NCBI RefSeq assembly: GCF_037042905.1
Contig: NC_087245.1
Location: 29,700,001 to 29,764,000 of the forward strand
Direction of reading: 5' to 3'
DNA: 64,000 bases
Origin: Lytechinus pictus
Lineage: Eukaryota
Made by a program: the position numbers and the translations under genes. Of this stretch, positions 1 through 11,877 are shown one piece after another; positions within the stretch are counted from its first letter, which is position 1; each line of letters starts with the position of its first letter. The notes beneath the pieces were generated by a model that worked only from the letters and a program-made list of their open reading frames with translations, had not been told where the DNA came from and searched no databases.

Positions 1-277
1 TCCCCTTCCATAACTACTGAAGATTACAGAGCCTGGAACTAACATTCACAGTAACCTGTATCTATCGTTGACATGTTAAAGTAAATTTGTGAGATGAATA
101 CATGGTTACAGTTTCCTATCATTTTGTTTGCAGTAGCCCCTCTTTTTGTAACTCAGGGAGCATTGTTTGCATTGAGAGAAATCTACAACACTATAAAACT
201 CTGTTGTATGATTTTAATGAAGTCCATTTCGGGCAAATAAAAGGACACAATTTTACAATTTAAATTGTCTTCTCTTT

Positions 278-341
278 GGGGATGACTCGGTAGTAGAACG
301 CCCATTTCATGAACGGAAGGCTGCAGGCTCAATTCCTGTCC
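278..341 (+). mobile_element. Degenerate tRNA-derived SINE head
   Basis: A-box/B-box-like layout (ggtagtagaacgccc...tcatgaacggaagg...ggctcaattcctgtcc); resembles the copy at 60952-61015. Confidence 0.4.
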
Positions 342-968
342 AGTTCACCCCAACAAAAAGTTGATTTGAATAAGAGAAAAATCCAACAAGCATTACATTA
401 AAAATTTCATCAAAATCGGATGTAAAATAAGAAAGTATTGACATTTTCAGGTTTCCCTTAATTTCACAAAACAGTTATATGCACATCCTGGTCAGTATGC
501 AAATGAGCAGACTGATGACATCACCAACTCACTATTTATTTTGTATTTCATTGTATGAAATACAACTACATTTCATACATGAAATACATTTTTAAAATTC
601 TAATTTTCTCCTCATTGTCATATAAAACAAAAATGTATTCCTCCCTGAACTTGTGGCATTAACCATTATTTTAACAGTTTATGGTGAAGTTAAGTTGGTC
701 TCTATTGCCAAATCTGTAAAAATTGAAATATTGTATAATTCAAATAATAAAAAACAAAAGAAAAAGTGAGTGAGGAATATCATTGACTCTTATTTGCATA
801 TCACTGACTTGTGCATATAACTGTTTGGCGAAAAATAGGCTAAGCGAAAATTTAAAATGTAATAACTTTCTTATTTTACATCCGATATTGATGAAATTTT
901 CAGCGTTATGCTTGTTTGATTTTTGTCTATCGATTAAAATCAACAATTTTCTGGGGTGGACTTGATCT
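342..968 (+). mobile_element. Family A MITE (Kolobok/T2-like), left tip damaged
   Basis: Long imperfect TIRs (caccccaacaaaaagttgatttgaat...aaatttcatcaaaatcggatgtaaaataagaaag versus the reverse complement ending ggggtggacttgatct); matches four other full copies in the window. Confidence 0.85.
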
Positions 969-1479
969 ATTAAGACTAAAAGAAATCGGATCTTCTGTCT
1001 CAATGAAGAAGGGTAAATATAATGTGCATCTTCTTTAAAGCAAATTGCTCTGACGTTTGAGTCGTAATTTCTTGAATGTATTGCCATGCTTGTATAAAAC
1101 AAACTGTTCTACGATGAGTTGACATTTGAATGAGCATTACCTTAAAATGAAATAATTCATTGCAAGCAAACAAAAATCATTTATCACATTGAAACACTTC
1201 ATTTTATTGGAAAATCAAACTTCCAAATATTCATTTCTTCAACACTTCAAGTTACATTTTTCTTATGTAAAATAGTCATTGATTTCACAAAATCGATATT
1301 ACAGGAATAATCCAAACTTATCCTCTTTATATTGTGTTGCACAGACACTGCTGTTTTTTTTTCTTTGTGTAAACACACCTCACAGATTGCTAAATGTTAT
1401 TTGATGTTGACCATGCACTAGAGATGTGTCTACACTATGCTTGGAGCAGTCTGCTGGATGGTATGAATACTACAGAAAA

Positions 1480-2020
1480 GAAACAGACTACAAATAAAAT
1501 AATCCCTGACCAAATAAAGATGCAAAAGATTTTGGGATCTAAGGAAACTATAATCCTCTACTAGACAAGAAAGAACAGGTTTTTCTAAAATGAATTTCTC
1601 AAACAAAATTTAAAAAGTATTTTAAAAATAGTCAAAGCTATCAACTAATATTTCTTGCCTTAATCTTTTCAAAGGTAGCAAGTTTTTTTCTACAGTGGTC
1701 CCTTCAAATATGCTCCATCAAAAGTGAAGTTCATTTGAATTTAATCAAGTTCAGAATTCTCACTTAAACCTAAAATGCACTGCATACAGAATTGGCAACA
1801 AACCTTTAGTCTCTACAGACTTCAAATGAAAAAATCCCAGAATACGTAAAGAAACTGATTTTGGGATCTAGAAACTATAAACCTATAATGAATATAAATG
1901 GAAACCAGACTTTTCTCTGTATAACTGAATTTTTCAAAGTTACAATTCATAGAGAAATCCTTTCATGATGAAAGGTGATGTTTTTTCCTTTCATTAATAA
2001 TTCTTGCCTTTATCTTTACA
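1480..2020. repeat. Degenerate local duplication, about 330 bp period
   Basis: agact..aaat...aatccc...gattttgggatcta..aaactataa and ttcttgcctt.atcttt recur at about 1484-1670 and 1817-2020. Confidence 0.5.
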
Positions 2021-2485
2021 TTAAAATATATGCAGAATAGTTTCATAAATATAATGAAATTCAGCCAATAATCTTAACAAATTACAGAGAGCAGGAAAAT
2101 ATTTTGTACATCAGTACATGTATATCTTTAGTCACTAATCTTTAATGGAGTTTTTCCCAAGGTAAAAAAAAATGCTTTTGCTATGAACTGTTCAACTCTC
2201 AATCACATACACAGCAAATATGCTGGTAATGAGTGATTGAAAACAATTCCTGCAACTTATCAATTTTTAAAGGAATGATATGAAAAAGCGAAAGCACAGC
2301 CCTAGAGTTTTCCATTAGAAAATTCTGGATATTTTACAATAAGGGAGCAATAGGAAAAAGTATTTTTGTTATGACAGATTTTGATGTTGCTGCACTTGTG
2401 TTTAACATTATTTGCCCAATTCTGTTCTTCTTTTTCATTAATGGTATTGGTAATGTTTTGAATTTTGTGAATTACTGGTAGAGTA

Positions 2486-2615
2486 CACTCTGTAAAAACT
2501 AGGGTGTTCAAACTGACACCAGTTGGTGTCGCTATAGAGGACCACACCCTGAGGTGTTAAAATTACACCGTAAAGATTGAACATAACACCAAAGAGGGTA
2601 AAATGGTGTTGATTC
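2486..2615 (+). mobile_element. CACTG-type (EnSpm-like) MITE fragment, family H2
   Basis: cactctgtaaaaact...ctgacaccagttggtgtc...ccctgaggtgttaaaattacacc; shared with 5699, 15196 and reverse copy 18875. Confidence 0.7.
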
Positions 2616-2640
2616 TGCTTTTGTGGAAATCTTGACTTAC

Positions 2641-2817
2641 CTTTGCTTCGGGATGAGACCGGGTGACCCTGTTGTCTTTGGGGTTGTAAGGGGGAGGGAG
2701 GGTGATCCCGGCTCTACCCGCAGTTACCCCTCCCCCTCCGTGCGCCAAACGGCCGGGCATGAAGTCAGTTCCTGGCCCCTGCACGGGCTGTGCAAACACC
2801 CGCAACTTCTTACTCAT
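2641..2817 (-). CDS. Putative alternative first coding exon, 59 aa (MSKKLRVFAQPVQGPGTDFMPGRLAHGGGGVTAGRAGITLPPPYNPKDNRVTRSHPEAK), ends phase 0
   Basis: GC- and CpG-rich island in AT-rich intron; strong donor AAG|GTAAGT at 2640; in-frame stop just upstream of ATG 2817; possible acceptor tttacag at 2858. Confidence 0.65.
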
Positions 2818-5698
2818 TGCAACAGTTGTTTGCACGAAACATTGTCATTTCTGGCATCTGTAAAGTGTTTATTCTCAATGCCAATCACCAATTTCAAAAT
2901 CATCTTGCCGATGTCTCTTGACGGCCAATGTCATCATACATGACAAGGTAAAGGACATCAAAATGTAGTATTAAAGGTTAATTTCCATCTAATTAATTAG
3001 GAGTTCTTGTCATGTGACGTGACCTTCATCCATGGATGAATGGAATATTTGATGAAATATCCATGAAGCCTAATTAATTCTTTCAACTTCAAATCAATGA
3101 TGACCCTATAAAAATGTATATCCTTGTCAGAAATCCCAAGGTCTTAGAAAATGCAGTGCAGGTTATTGATTGAACATGACTAATGTATCATTGTGATTGA
3201 GACAAATCAAAGTCCTCTCAGAGGGACAGAAACAAATTACACCGTGATCAATGTCACAACCCCAATCCAGTGATATTCAGTTGAAACTCTAATAGGAATA
3301 AATCAATTCCATTTGATATCTAGAGATTTGATGAATGCTCCATCGTATAGCTAAAATGTCCACTTTCCTTAACCCGAAGGTCAACAGATTATTTTTTTTT
3401 TCAATCCAAAATATGAAAGCTCTTTCATACTCCCCAGAAAACTATATCCTGAAAAATAACTTGTTCCTGGAATCATCAAGTCATGGTTGAGTTGAGATGA
3501 AAACAATTTTCGTTTCCAAAATAGCACTGCTTTAAAAATCACAGCTTCGATGAAAACACTAATGAATCCATCACTTGATCATCTGACGAGATATATGGCA
3601 CACATGGAGGAGCTGAGGAAAATGATACTTCCATCCAATTCATTAGCCAGCAGATCAGGGAGAAAGAGACCGCGAGGGAAGGTGTACGGACTGTCAGTGA
3701 AGCATGCAAGCGGACTGTATCGCAGTGGACTCGGAGCATTGATCACGGCCTGGTGAATGAATGGTTGGATTGAAGTCCATGAATGGGGGAGGGATGGGTG
3801 AATTGTCTCCCAGTCCTGGCACGCACTTTGTGGATGTGAATGGATGCCGTGAATGCAGCCAGGCTTAGCAGCCCATCTCATTGGTTGAGTGAGCTCAAGC
3901 CAAAGCTTTCTTTCTTCCCTCCGCTTTAATAGGTCGTCATCAGCAACCAGATAGTTTACAGGAGCTTAGTCTATTCAAGTCAGGCTTTGTATTTCCACAT
4001 GCCATGGTCAGTGGGAGGGATAAGGTAGCAAATTGGGAAAATAGCTATTACAAGGATTGCTGGTTCTGCTCTCTCTCTCTCTCTGAGAACCCAAATCCTC
4101 TACCTAGTTCAAGAATCAGTTGCAGAAATTTACAAATACAGTACAACATAAGTTACAAACATATCAATAAAAAACACAATGGGTCAGAATCCAAAACTGA
4201 AATATCAGATCAAAAAAATAACTCTCATGTCATTTTTTTTTTAGTTTTGTTTTCTGCTTAGATCCCCAAAGCATTTAAAATATCTTGACATGTAATGCTA
4301 TCTCTCTCCTTTCTCTCTCTTGATAAGTTCATCCACTTATTTTTGTTCCTCAGTCATTTTATGATGTAGCAAAGTGATTATTCAAAAAATACAACAGCTC
4401 TGATATCCCAAGGAATATACAAAATCATACATTCGATTTCACAAAATCACCTTCCCAGAAAGTCACAATACCATATCATAAAGCACCTAGCTGCATCGGC
4501 AGTGCTTCATTTACCAGCCATTTTTCATCCTCTTAAGCTGAGTTCTGAGAATACAAGAGTCATATATTGTTGATGACGTCATACGCAATGCAAACCAACC
4601 ATTGCATCCTTTACGTTCATTGTCCTCCCCTTTACACGTAATTCCAGAGAATAATACAGGACTCATTAATGACCTTCTTGTTTGTTAATCTCTTGCCTAT
4701 TCAAGTTAATAATTAGTGCAAGGATGTGGACCACTTTTGTAAGCTTATGATCATCATGATTATGGCACTGCCCACAAATTCAGTTAAAAGCTTGAGAATT
4801 CATATCAGTACTCACTGGTTTTACAGCACATGTTAAAATGTCAAAGTATATGAATTTTATAATCAAATTCATTCACTCATTTCTCCACCTAGCTACCACT
4901 GCATTATTATTATTTGAAACTGAAAATAATTCCATGAAATACAAAAAAGGATTGTGACCATTTTGTACCTGTTAGGCATCCAACCTTCAAACAAATCATA
5001 ATCACAACCAGTATAAATTATTTTATTTTCAGGGGCTACTTTTCGCATTCTACTCTGTAAATCTGCAACATTGGATAAGCTTTAACTTTGCAGTAAATTG
5101 GGATTTTCCAGGGCTCTTATGAGCCCCCATGTTATTTTTCCCTGACCACTATGCAAGAGAAATATACATCATGAGTGACCCTTTCATACTCCTTCTACAG
5201 TAACCACCATCACCAACAAAAAATATTGATTTTTCGCACATACAACCAGCCCACCCATTTTCCAATCATAATCGCCATTACCCACACAGAATTAACTGTC
5301 CATGTAATGCTACATGTAACAGAACACCAACAATGTGGTACCCATGTGATAAAAAAATGCTGCCTTTCTGGTTTTTAGGGTGATGTAAAATTAAAAGTGG
5401 ATTACTGTGAGTCATTGACATTGGAGCCCACTGTTTCTAGTGAAAAAGAAACAAAAGAGGACATAAGAAGATTTATGAGGAATCCATTGATTTCTTTGCT
5501 TGGGTTGGTGTATTGATCCAGAACAACAGGTTGGATAAAAGATCTTGCATTCAGTGTCTTTTAGTTCACAAAAGTGGCAGACTAATCAATAAAGACCAAT
5601 ATGTGGACATGGTCAGAGATCCTGCTTAGCCTGACACTTAAGACTGTATAAGGACGAGCACTTGAAAGTCAAGATGAGTGACAGAGATAGAGAGGATA

Positions 5699-5931
5699 CA
5701 CTGTATAAAGGAGGATGGTATTAAGCTGACACCAGTTGGTGTCCCTACAGGACCAAACCCTGAGGTGTTAAAATTACACCAAAGAGTTTGAACAGAACTA
5801 AAAACCATGCAAAAGAAACAACCAAAAGTGTTGTAATCAAACACCAAAGAGAAGGGTGTCAAAATAACACCAGAGTAAAATGATTGGTGTGCTGTTCTTT
5901 GTACACCAGTTGGCACTACATTTTTGCTGTG
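5699..5931 (+). mobile_element. CACTG-type MITE, family H2
   Basis: Starts ta|cactgta, ends tttttgctgtg|ta; same core as 2486 and 15196. Confidence 0.7.
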
Positions 5932-7054
5932 TAACAGGGAATTTAGAAATGGAAAATGAGCAGCCTGTGGAGTTCTTCATGGAAACATGATAATCATGAT
6001 TTTGGCATATGACAGGAAGTCATTCAATCATAGGCAGAAGTTTATATCTTTATATCTTATAACTTGAGTCTGCATAGAAAGACTAGAAAAGGGGTGTTGT
6101 CCACAGCCTTCACTCATACTCACTGAAAAAAGAAGAAGACACAAATGATGTAAACATAGGAAACTGTGAAAACTGATGGATGCGACAAAACCATACCTGA
6201 CACTTCTTTTATCTAACACCCTGGTACATTAGTATACATACTATTAAGTCATCAAAAATTTTACAAAGTTCCTTGTTCCTTTTTTTTCTGGTATTAAAAA
6301 ACATTCCAAATTCAACAGGATATTTCTCATGAAGATAGTGAACTTTACTTGGTAAAGCTTCAGGTTGAATCTCATAACAAATACCATTGATGTATTCTGG
6401 TAAATTAAAGTAGAAAAAAATCATATACAATGATCCAATAATCTCTCTAATTAATTTAATCATTAAGTTAAACAATGTTCTAAATACGTTGTAATCATTT
6501 GAAATGTCCAAAATCACATGTATTTCAGTAATCCCAAAGCTAAAACATTTCAACTCCACTGTACGCTTGTTCTCCCCCCCCCTCCCCCACATACATGTAC
6601 CTCAATCTTTGCAAATCTGCTCTGAAAAAGAGTCTATTCTTGATCCATTATCAAATGGCCTTAATTGCCCTCTTCTTCAGCGTGCCCACACATTTATTAT
6701 TTCCTGCATTCAGTCTATCTCTTGCCATTGATTTATAATTATATGCTATTAAAAGGTAATAAATAAGATCACCACTTTCCCCCATGCAAGCTATTCATAG
6801 AGCTGCTGGAGGGAGCTGGATGGAGCTGAAGATTGAAATGGTGATATAAAGGTCATATAATTCTTTTCATTTCTATTTTAAAGATTACCTGAAATTCACA
6901 TCTTCTTCATTTGTATCAAGAAGATCTGTTGCTGATGCTAATGAAAAAGCAATCCATTCTGAAAATGCAATTCTACAGTACAGTAGTAATTACAAATCAA
7001 TTGAATGCAACAGGAATCTCAATCATATTAAAATCTATGGCATCATGGTACTGG

Positions 7055-7599
7055 CCCGGGGGGGGGGGGGGGCACTCGACCAAAAAAGTGGTAGGGGTGT
7101 GCCGCGGGCGAGGCAAAAAACGGGGGCCTTGGAGCGGGCTTATTGTAAAAAGGAGGGTCCTCGGAACGGGCTTCGGAACTACAAATGTTTGTGAAAACGG
7201 GGGTCCTCGGAACGGATCTCCGTATCTCTGTGAGTGCGTATGCATCCCTATGGAACGGGCAATCGTGCATGACGCAGCTAGCACGGCCTGGTGCGCTCGC
7301 GCTTAGGCGATGGTCGAAAAGCGCTCTACGGCCGCTTTTCACCAAAATTGTAGCAGATCAATGCGACCGGAACGGCGTAACGAAAAATATGCGAAGCTAA
7401 TTTGGAGCGGATTTCTTTCTTCTTTTTTCTCGATAAGAAGGAAATGCTATGCCTTGGAGCGGCTTTCTTTGTTCTTTTTCTCAATAAGACAAAAATGCTA
7501 TGCCTTGGAACGGAAATTTGAGTGTAAAAATGGGGGTCCCCTCCGCGGCACATACCCACTATGCATTATATACTGAGTGCCCCCCCCCCCCCCCCCGGG
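7055..7599. mobile_element. Young non-autonomous DNA transposon with CCC(G)n-CACTC TIRs and 8-bp TSD
   Basis: TIRs CCCGGGG..GGCACTC and GAGTGCC..CCCGGG; exact direct repeat GGTACTGG at 7047-7054 and 7600-7607; CpG-rich interior. Confidence 0.85.
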
Positions 7600-10500
7600 G
7601 GTACTGGCCTACTCCCAGTTCGCACATGCATTGCACACATATAAGCTCAGTCATCCTGGCTTAAAAAATGTGTTGGTGAAAATTCACTTGAACTTTTGCC
7701 GCAGTCACTGCATTTTCTGTTTGCATTTTGATTTGTGATTTACAATGCCATTGACCAATAAACCACTGCAGAATCACCCCCCCCCCCCCCTCTTTCGCAT
7801 AAAAATACCTGTGGTATAAACCACCCAAACAATGAATTTCTTCCTAAATCATCGCAAAAACATTCAATTAAATTTTCCTTTTATAAGTCCCCAAAACAAG
7901 CTGCAATATTTCACAACTCAGATTTACGAGCTCTCTGCAGGAGGCAGCAAGCCCCTCAAGTTCAACCCCGGTTGACCCCCCTAAAAAATGTGGGCCATCT
8001 TGACAACATACTTGACATTAGGTCTACCAAGGTGACTGGTACCATACATCATGGAATCGCAACCACATGTGTCCCATACCTCATTCTTGAGGTGTGATAG
8101 CAAGGATTTTTCCTCCCATATGTTCCAAAAAAGGAAAGGAAAATGCTTTGAGACAAAGTTCTCTCCTTCCCCAATAATGCCCAGTGATATATCAAAACCT
8201 ATATGGTAACCCCCCCCCCATCTTCCAGTGAATATCATTATAAATCCAAATGAAGGATATGAAATGAAAATGAGTTTTAAAATTTTCATTTAGTAATTTT
8301 TGCAATTCAACATGAACATACATATTGATTGGGTGCTTGATCAAAATAAAGTATCCTGATTTTTTTTAATTATTATTATAACCAATCACTCAATGGATTT
8401 GAAAGACATGTATTGCAGACGATTTCCAGAGTAAAATAAAAATCATTACTGAGAAAGGGCCGCAAATAATCCCTAACAAAATTTTCACAAATAATCAATG
8501 GTTGAAAAAAAAAGGTTTAACTGACACTACATTTTTTGTAAGATTGGAATCATACTCAGAGTATAATTCAAATTATTGACCTTTTTACCAATTGCATCTG
8601 GCAGGCTTTTCAAACAATCTTTTAATCCTTTTCTTCTTAAATACCACAGGTTCACTTGGGAGGAGTATTCAAATATTCAAGAATGAGGAAAGAGTTGTCA
8701 TCAACTCATCATGTTCCCAGAACATTTTGATTTCTTTAAAGCTTTTAGTACAAGGGTGGGTGTCATTAAACACCAGGAATACTCACAAATCTTGGTACAG
8801 TTTACAAAGATCTTTCTAAAACAACTGAATATATGAAAATCCAACAAGAAGAGTGCAAGCATGTTCAAGTATTCAAATATCGTGGGAAATTCCAATTTCA
8901 AAACACATTTCAAGCGAAGAGTTCATGGGTTAAAACTCTGTACTACACAGTACAAACACAATACTGATACACTCTTTTAACACTATTCCAAATGAGAATG
9001 AAAGGGTTAAGAAGTGCTGCCCTGCCACCACCCCCCCCTGAAAGGGCCTTATATAGGGCGCGTGTGACAATCCAGGGGGTTAAGGAACGCAGCTGGAAAG
9101 ATTTTGTGGTTAAAGTCATGTTTTCCATCTTAAGAGCATTCTATTTAAATCTCAGCTTGAAAAAGCTACATAATTGAACGACTAGACAGTCCAAAAACAT
9201 TCATATTTCATTCAAAAAGCATGATGTAGCTGAATTTTATCACTTTCAAAGAAATGTGAAAATTATTTTGAATTGTACAGGCTGCTGTTAAATATTGGTA
9301 CAATTTTTTTTCTCAGTTTCATGCATAGATTGTTGATTTATGATGTTCCACGGTCTACTTTCAATATTGCTGTACGAATGGTTACAATCATAATGATATA
9401 GATTTTCAATTCAATTTCTAATGTTTAGCGACATACGTTAAAAGTCTTTGTGAAGTTTTGATAATTATCAAAATATTGGACTAAAATGATTACATTCAAT
9501 TCTTATAAATGACAATTGGAACAGTTTGCTTTTTGATGGGGTTTTTTTGCAATTTTTTTTTAATTTGACCATTAAATCAGTGATCTATTAATATTAATCT
9601 GACAATTTGCTTTATAATAAAGACCCTATGGAGATGTTTCTTTTATCAGGCGTAATCATTTGAGATAAGAAAATAATGAGAAAAAATTATCGGAATCCGG
9701 TTAGCCAATTTGTACACTTGGTTTAATAGACAATTTTGTAAACTCCACCTATTTTGATTTCACATCAAATCTTATAACACAACTTTCATGAAATGGTATA
9801 ATCTGACATTGATTTTTAACTCTGGGTTTACCAAAATCGATATGGGCCCTAACTCATACACATTATTAAAGACATTAATGGCCTCATAAGACGAAAGAAA
9901 ACAACATTGCAGTATAGTATGTGATAAAACCTTGACATTCAACAGAATTCAAACACACCTTCAATATATATCATGGCCATTACTAACACCTGTTTCATAG
10001 CATTGCAGGGGTCTATATTGCATGTTACACCTCATAATTTTCCAGGCTGTCACAAATTATGTCTAAAGCTAAAACACCATGATGAGTTTAACAAGACACA
10101 TGGGTCTATGGTGCGGGTGCTTCAGAGGGAAATAAAAAATGTTATGAGATAATGGCTTTACACAAATTTTGTGCTTAGAAACACGGTACCTGAATCATGA
10201 TACAATGCAAAGGGTTTTTTTTATTATTATTTCCCATAACCTATTCATAAAATCTTTTTATTGAAATTCAAGCAATTGAAATATCAATTGATTTAATTCT
10301 GATGCTAAATATTCTTAATGCTTATTATTAAGGGTGGTCATCTCGACAACCCCATCTGGGTTCTTATGTGCTATTGTGTTTTTATCTATATACTGTATTT
10401 TAAAGTATACTATAAGATTGCAACTGTCATGGCAATTGTAATCTTATTCTTTACATGTACATTGTGAATTGTTCCATTTTACTCCAGTTTTTATGCAATT

Positions 10501-10980
10501 GTAGGATATCTGTATGCAAGATTGGAATTGAATAAAAAATTTATTTGAACTGAATTGAAAACAATTTTGGCATGAGGCAATCATAAAAGTTTGGTAAATA
10601 CTGGGTTTTTTTACCAATTCAATTCTAATTTTGATACTGCTTATAGCAGTTTACGATATTGATGCACATTTCTAAATTCCTTATTTTTACAGAAACCTGC
10701 CTCTGCATATATCAGTTTATCTATTGTATAATCATGAGGGCACAGAATATAATTGTTTCACAAAATATTTCTAAACTCTAAATTCAGTAACATTGTTAAT
10801 GTTTTATCATTATTATTATTTTCATTCAGATATATCTAATTATTTTCAGTCTGGAGTGCCCTCATTTTTAAATGCATGCATGCTTATCCATCATAGAAAA
10901 ATTCACAGTTCATACTCATTGCAAAAGTGCCTTTGGCAATAAAAAATAATAAAGATACCATCCAAACATGAAAGATATAC

Positions 10981-11031
10981 CGCAGTCTTTCGGATAGCAG
11001 CCACGGAATACCATACCTTCGTGTCAAATTG
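10981..11031 (-). CDS. Putative 51-nt symmetric phase 0/0 exon QFDTKVWYSVAAIRKTA, with an internal donor giving a 15-nt micro-exon QFDTK (11017-11031)
   Basis: Acceptor gctgctttgtttag at 11032; donors GCG|GTATAT (10980) and AAG|GTATGG (11016); open frame; CpGs retained in a CpG-poor intron. Confidence 0.5.
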
Positions 11032-11726
11032 CTAAACAAAGCAGCTTTTGAAATACAAATCAACTTAATGTTAACTTATTACTTTTGGCTGTTTGTAACA
11101 TTTTTGTTGTTGATTCTTTGTTTTGTATATTTCTTCATGTAAATCATACAGAAACAGAGTAAAAAGTAAGAATATATTCACTTTCCAGTAGAATAGTGAC
11201 AAACTTTCATTGACTGCTTCTTGCTTTCGATACCTCGCAAATGCACATAACTGGTGCCATCATGATGTGTCTTTATTACCCCTAATTGTATGAAATATAG
11301 GCCTACAACAAAAAAATCTAACCAAACGTTAGCACAAATTACCTTGTTTTCATTAAACATTTCCACGATTTCATCCCATCAATGAAAACAGACCAACAAA
11401 AAGATATATTGGCCTGACTGGGCAGGCTCAATGCAGGGAATCAGAACAAGTCACAATTGGTTTCAATAGGTCTCGCTGGACAATGGGGTCATAAAATGGA
11501 TAACCAGTGTCATTTTTGCTGTTTTGGACAGTTATTTCTGGTGGATTCTTTGTTGTTTTGGACAGGAGTTTTATAGCCCTGGTTACCCGTAAACAGGTGG
11601 CAAACAAATAGGGATTTGGGGAGTCATTTTGATGTTTACAATTATACACTGATAGAGACAGAAGGAAGAAAAAAGAAATGAAAAATTTGCCCCCTTCCCA
11701 CCTGAAAATGAATTATGAATTGTTTA

Positions 11727-11877
11727 CCAGGGGAGTGTTTCATCAACAGTTGTCAGATCTGACATCTTTCTCTGATGTTGATTGGCTGAGAGGTACTGTT
11801 ACTATGGTAACTGTCGGATAAAATGGGACTTGTCGGATAAAACGTCCGACAAGTCCTTTCATGAAACGCCCCCCTGG
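11727..11877. mobile_element. Small CCAGGGG-ended MITE
   Basis: TIRs ccaggggagtgtttcat and atgaaacgcccccctgg; carries GATTGG and GTTACTATGGTAAC. Confidence 0.75.

Noticed and set aside
740..1102. 120-aa ORF and similar ORFs at 35374, 41634 and 51239
   Set aside because: Translations of the family A MITE arms.
6911..7576. Six overlapping ORFs
   Set aside because: They lie largely within a GC-rich MITE with few stop codons and show no recognisable domain.
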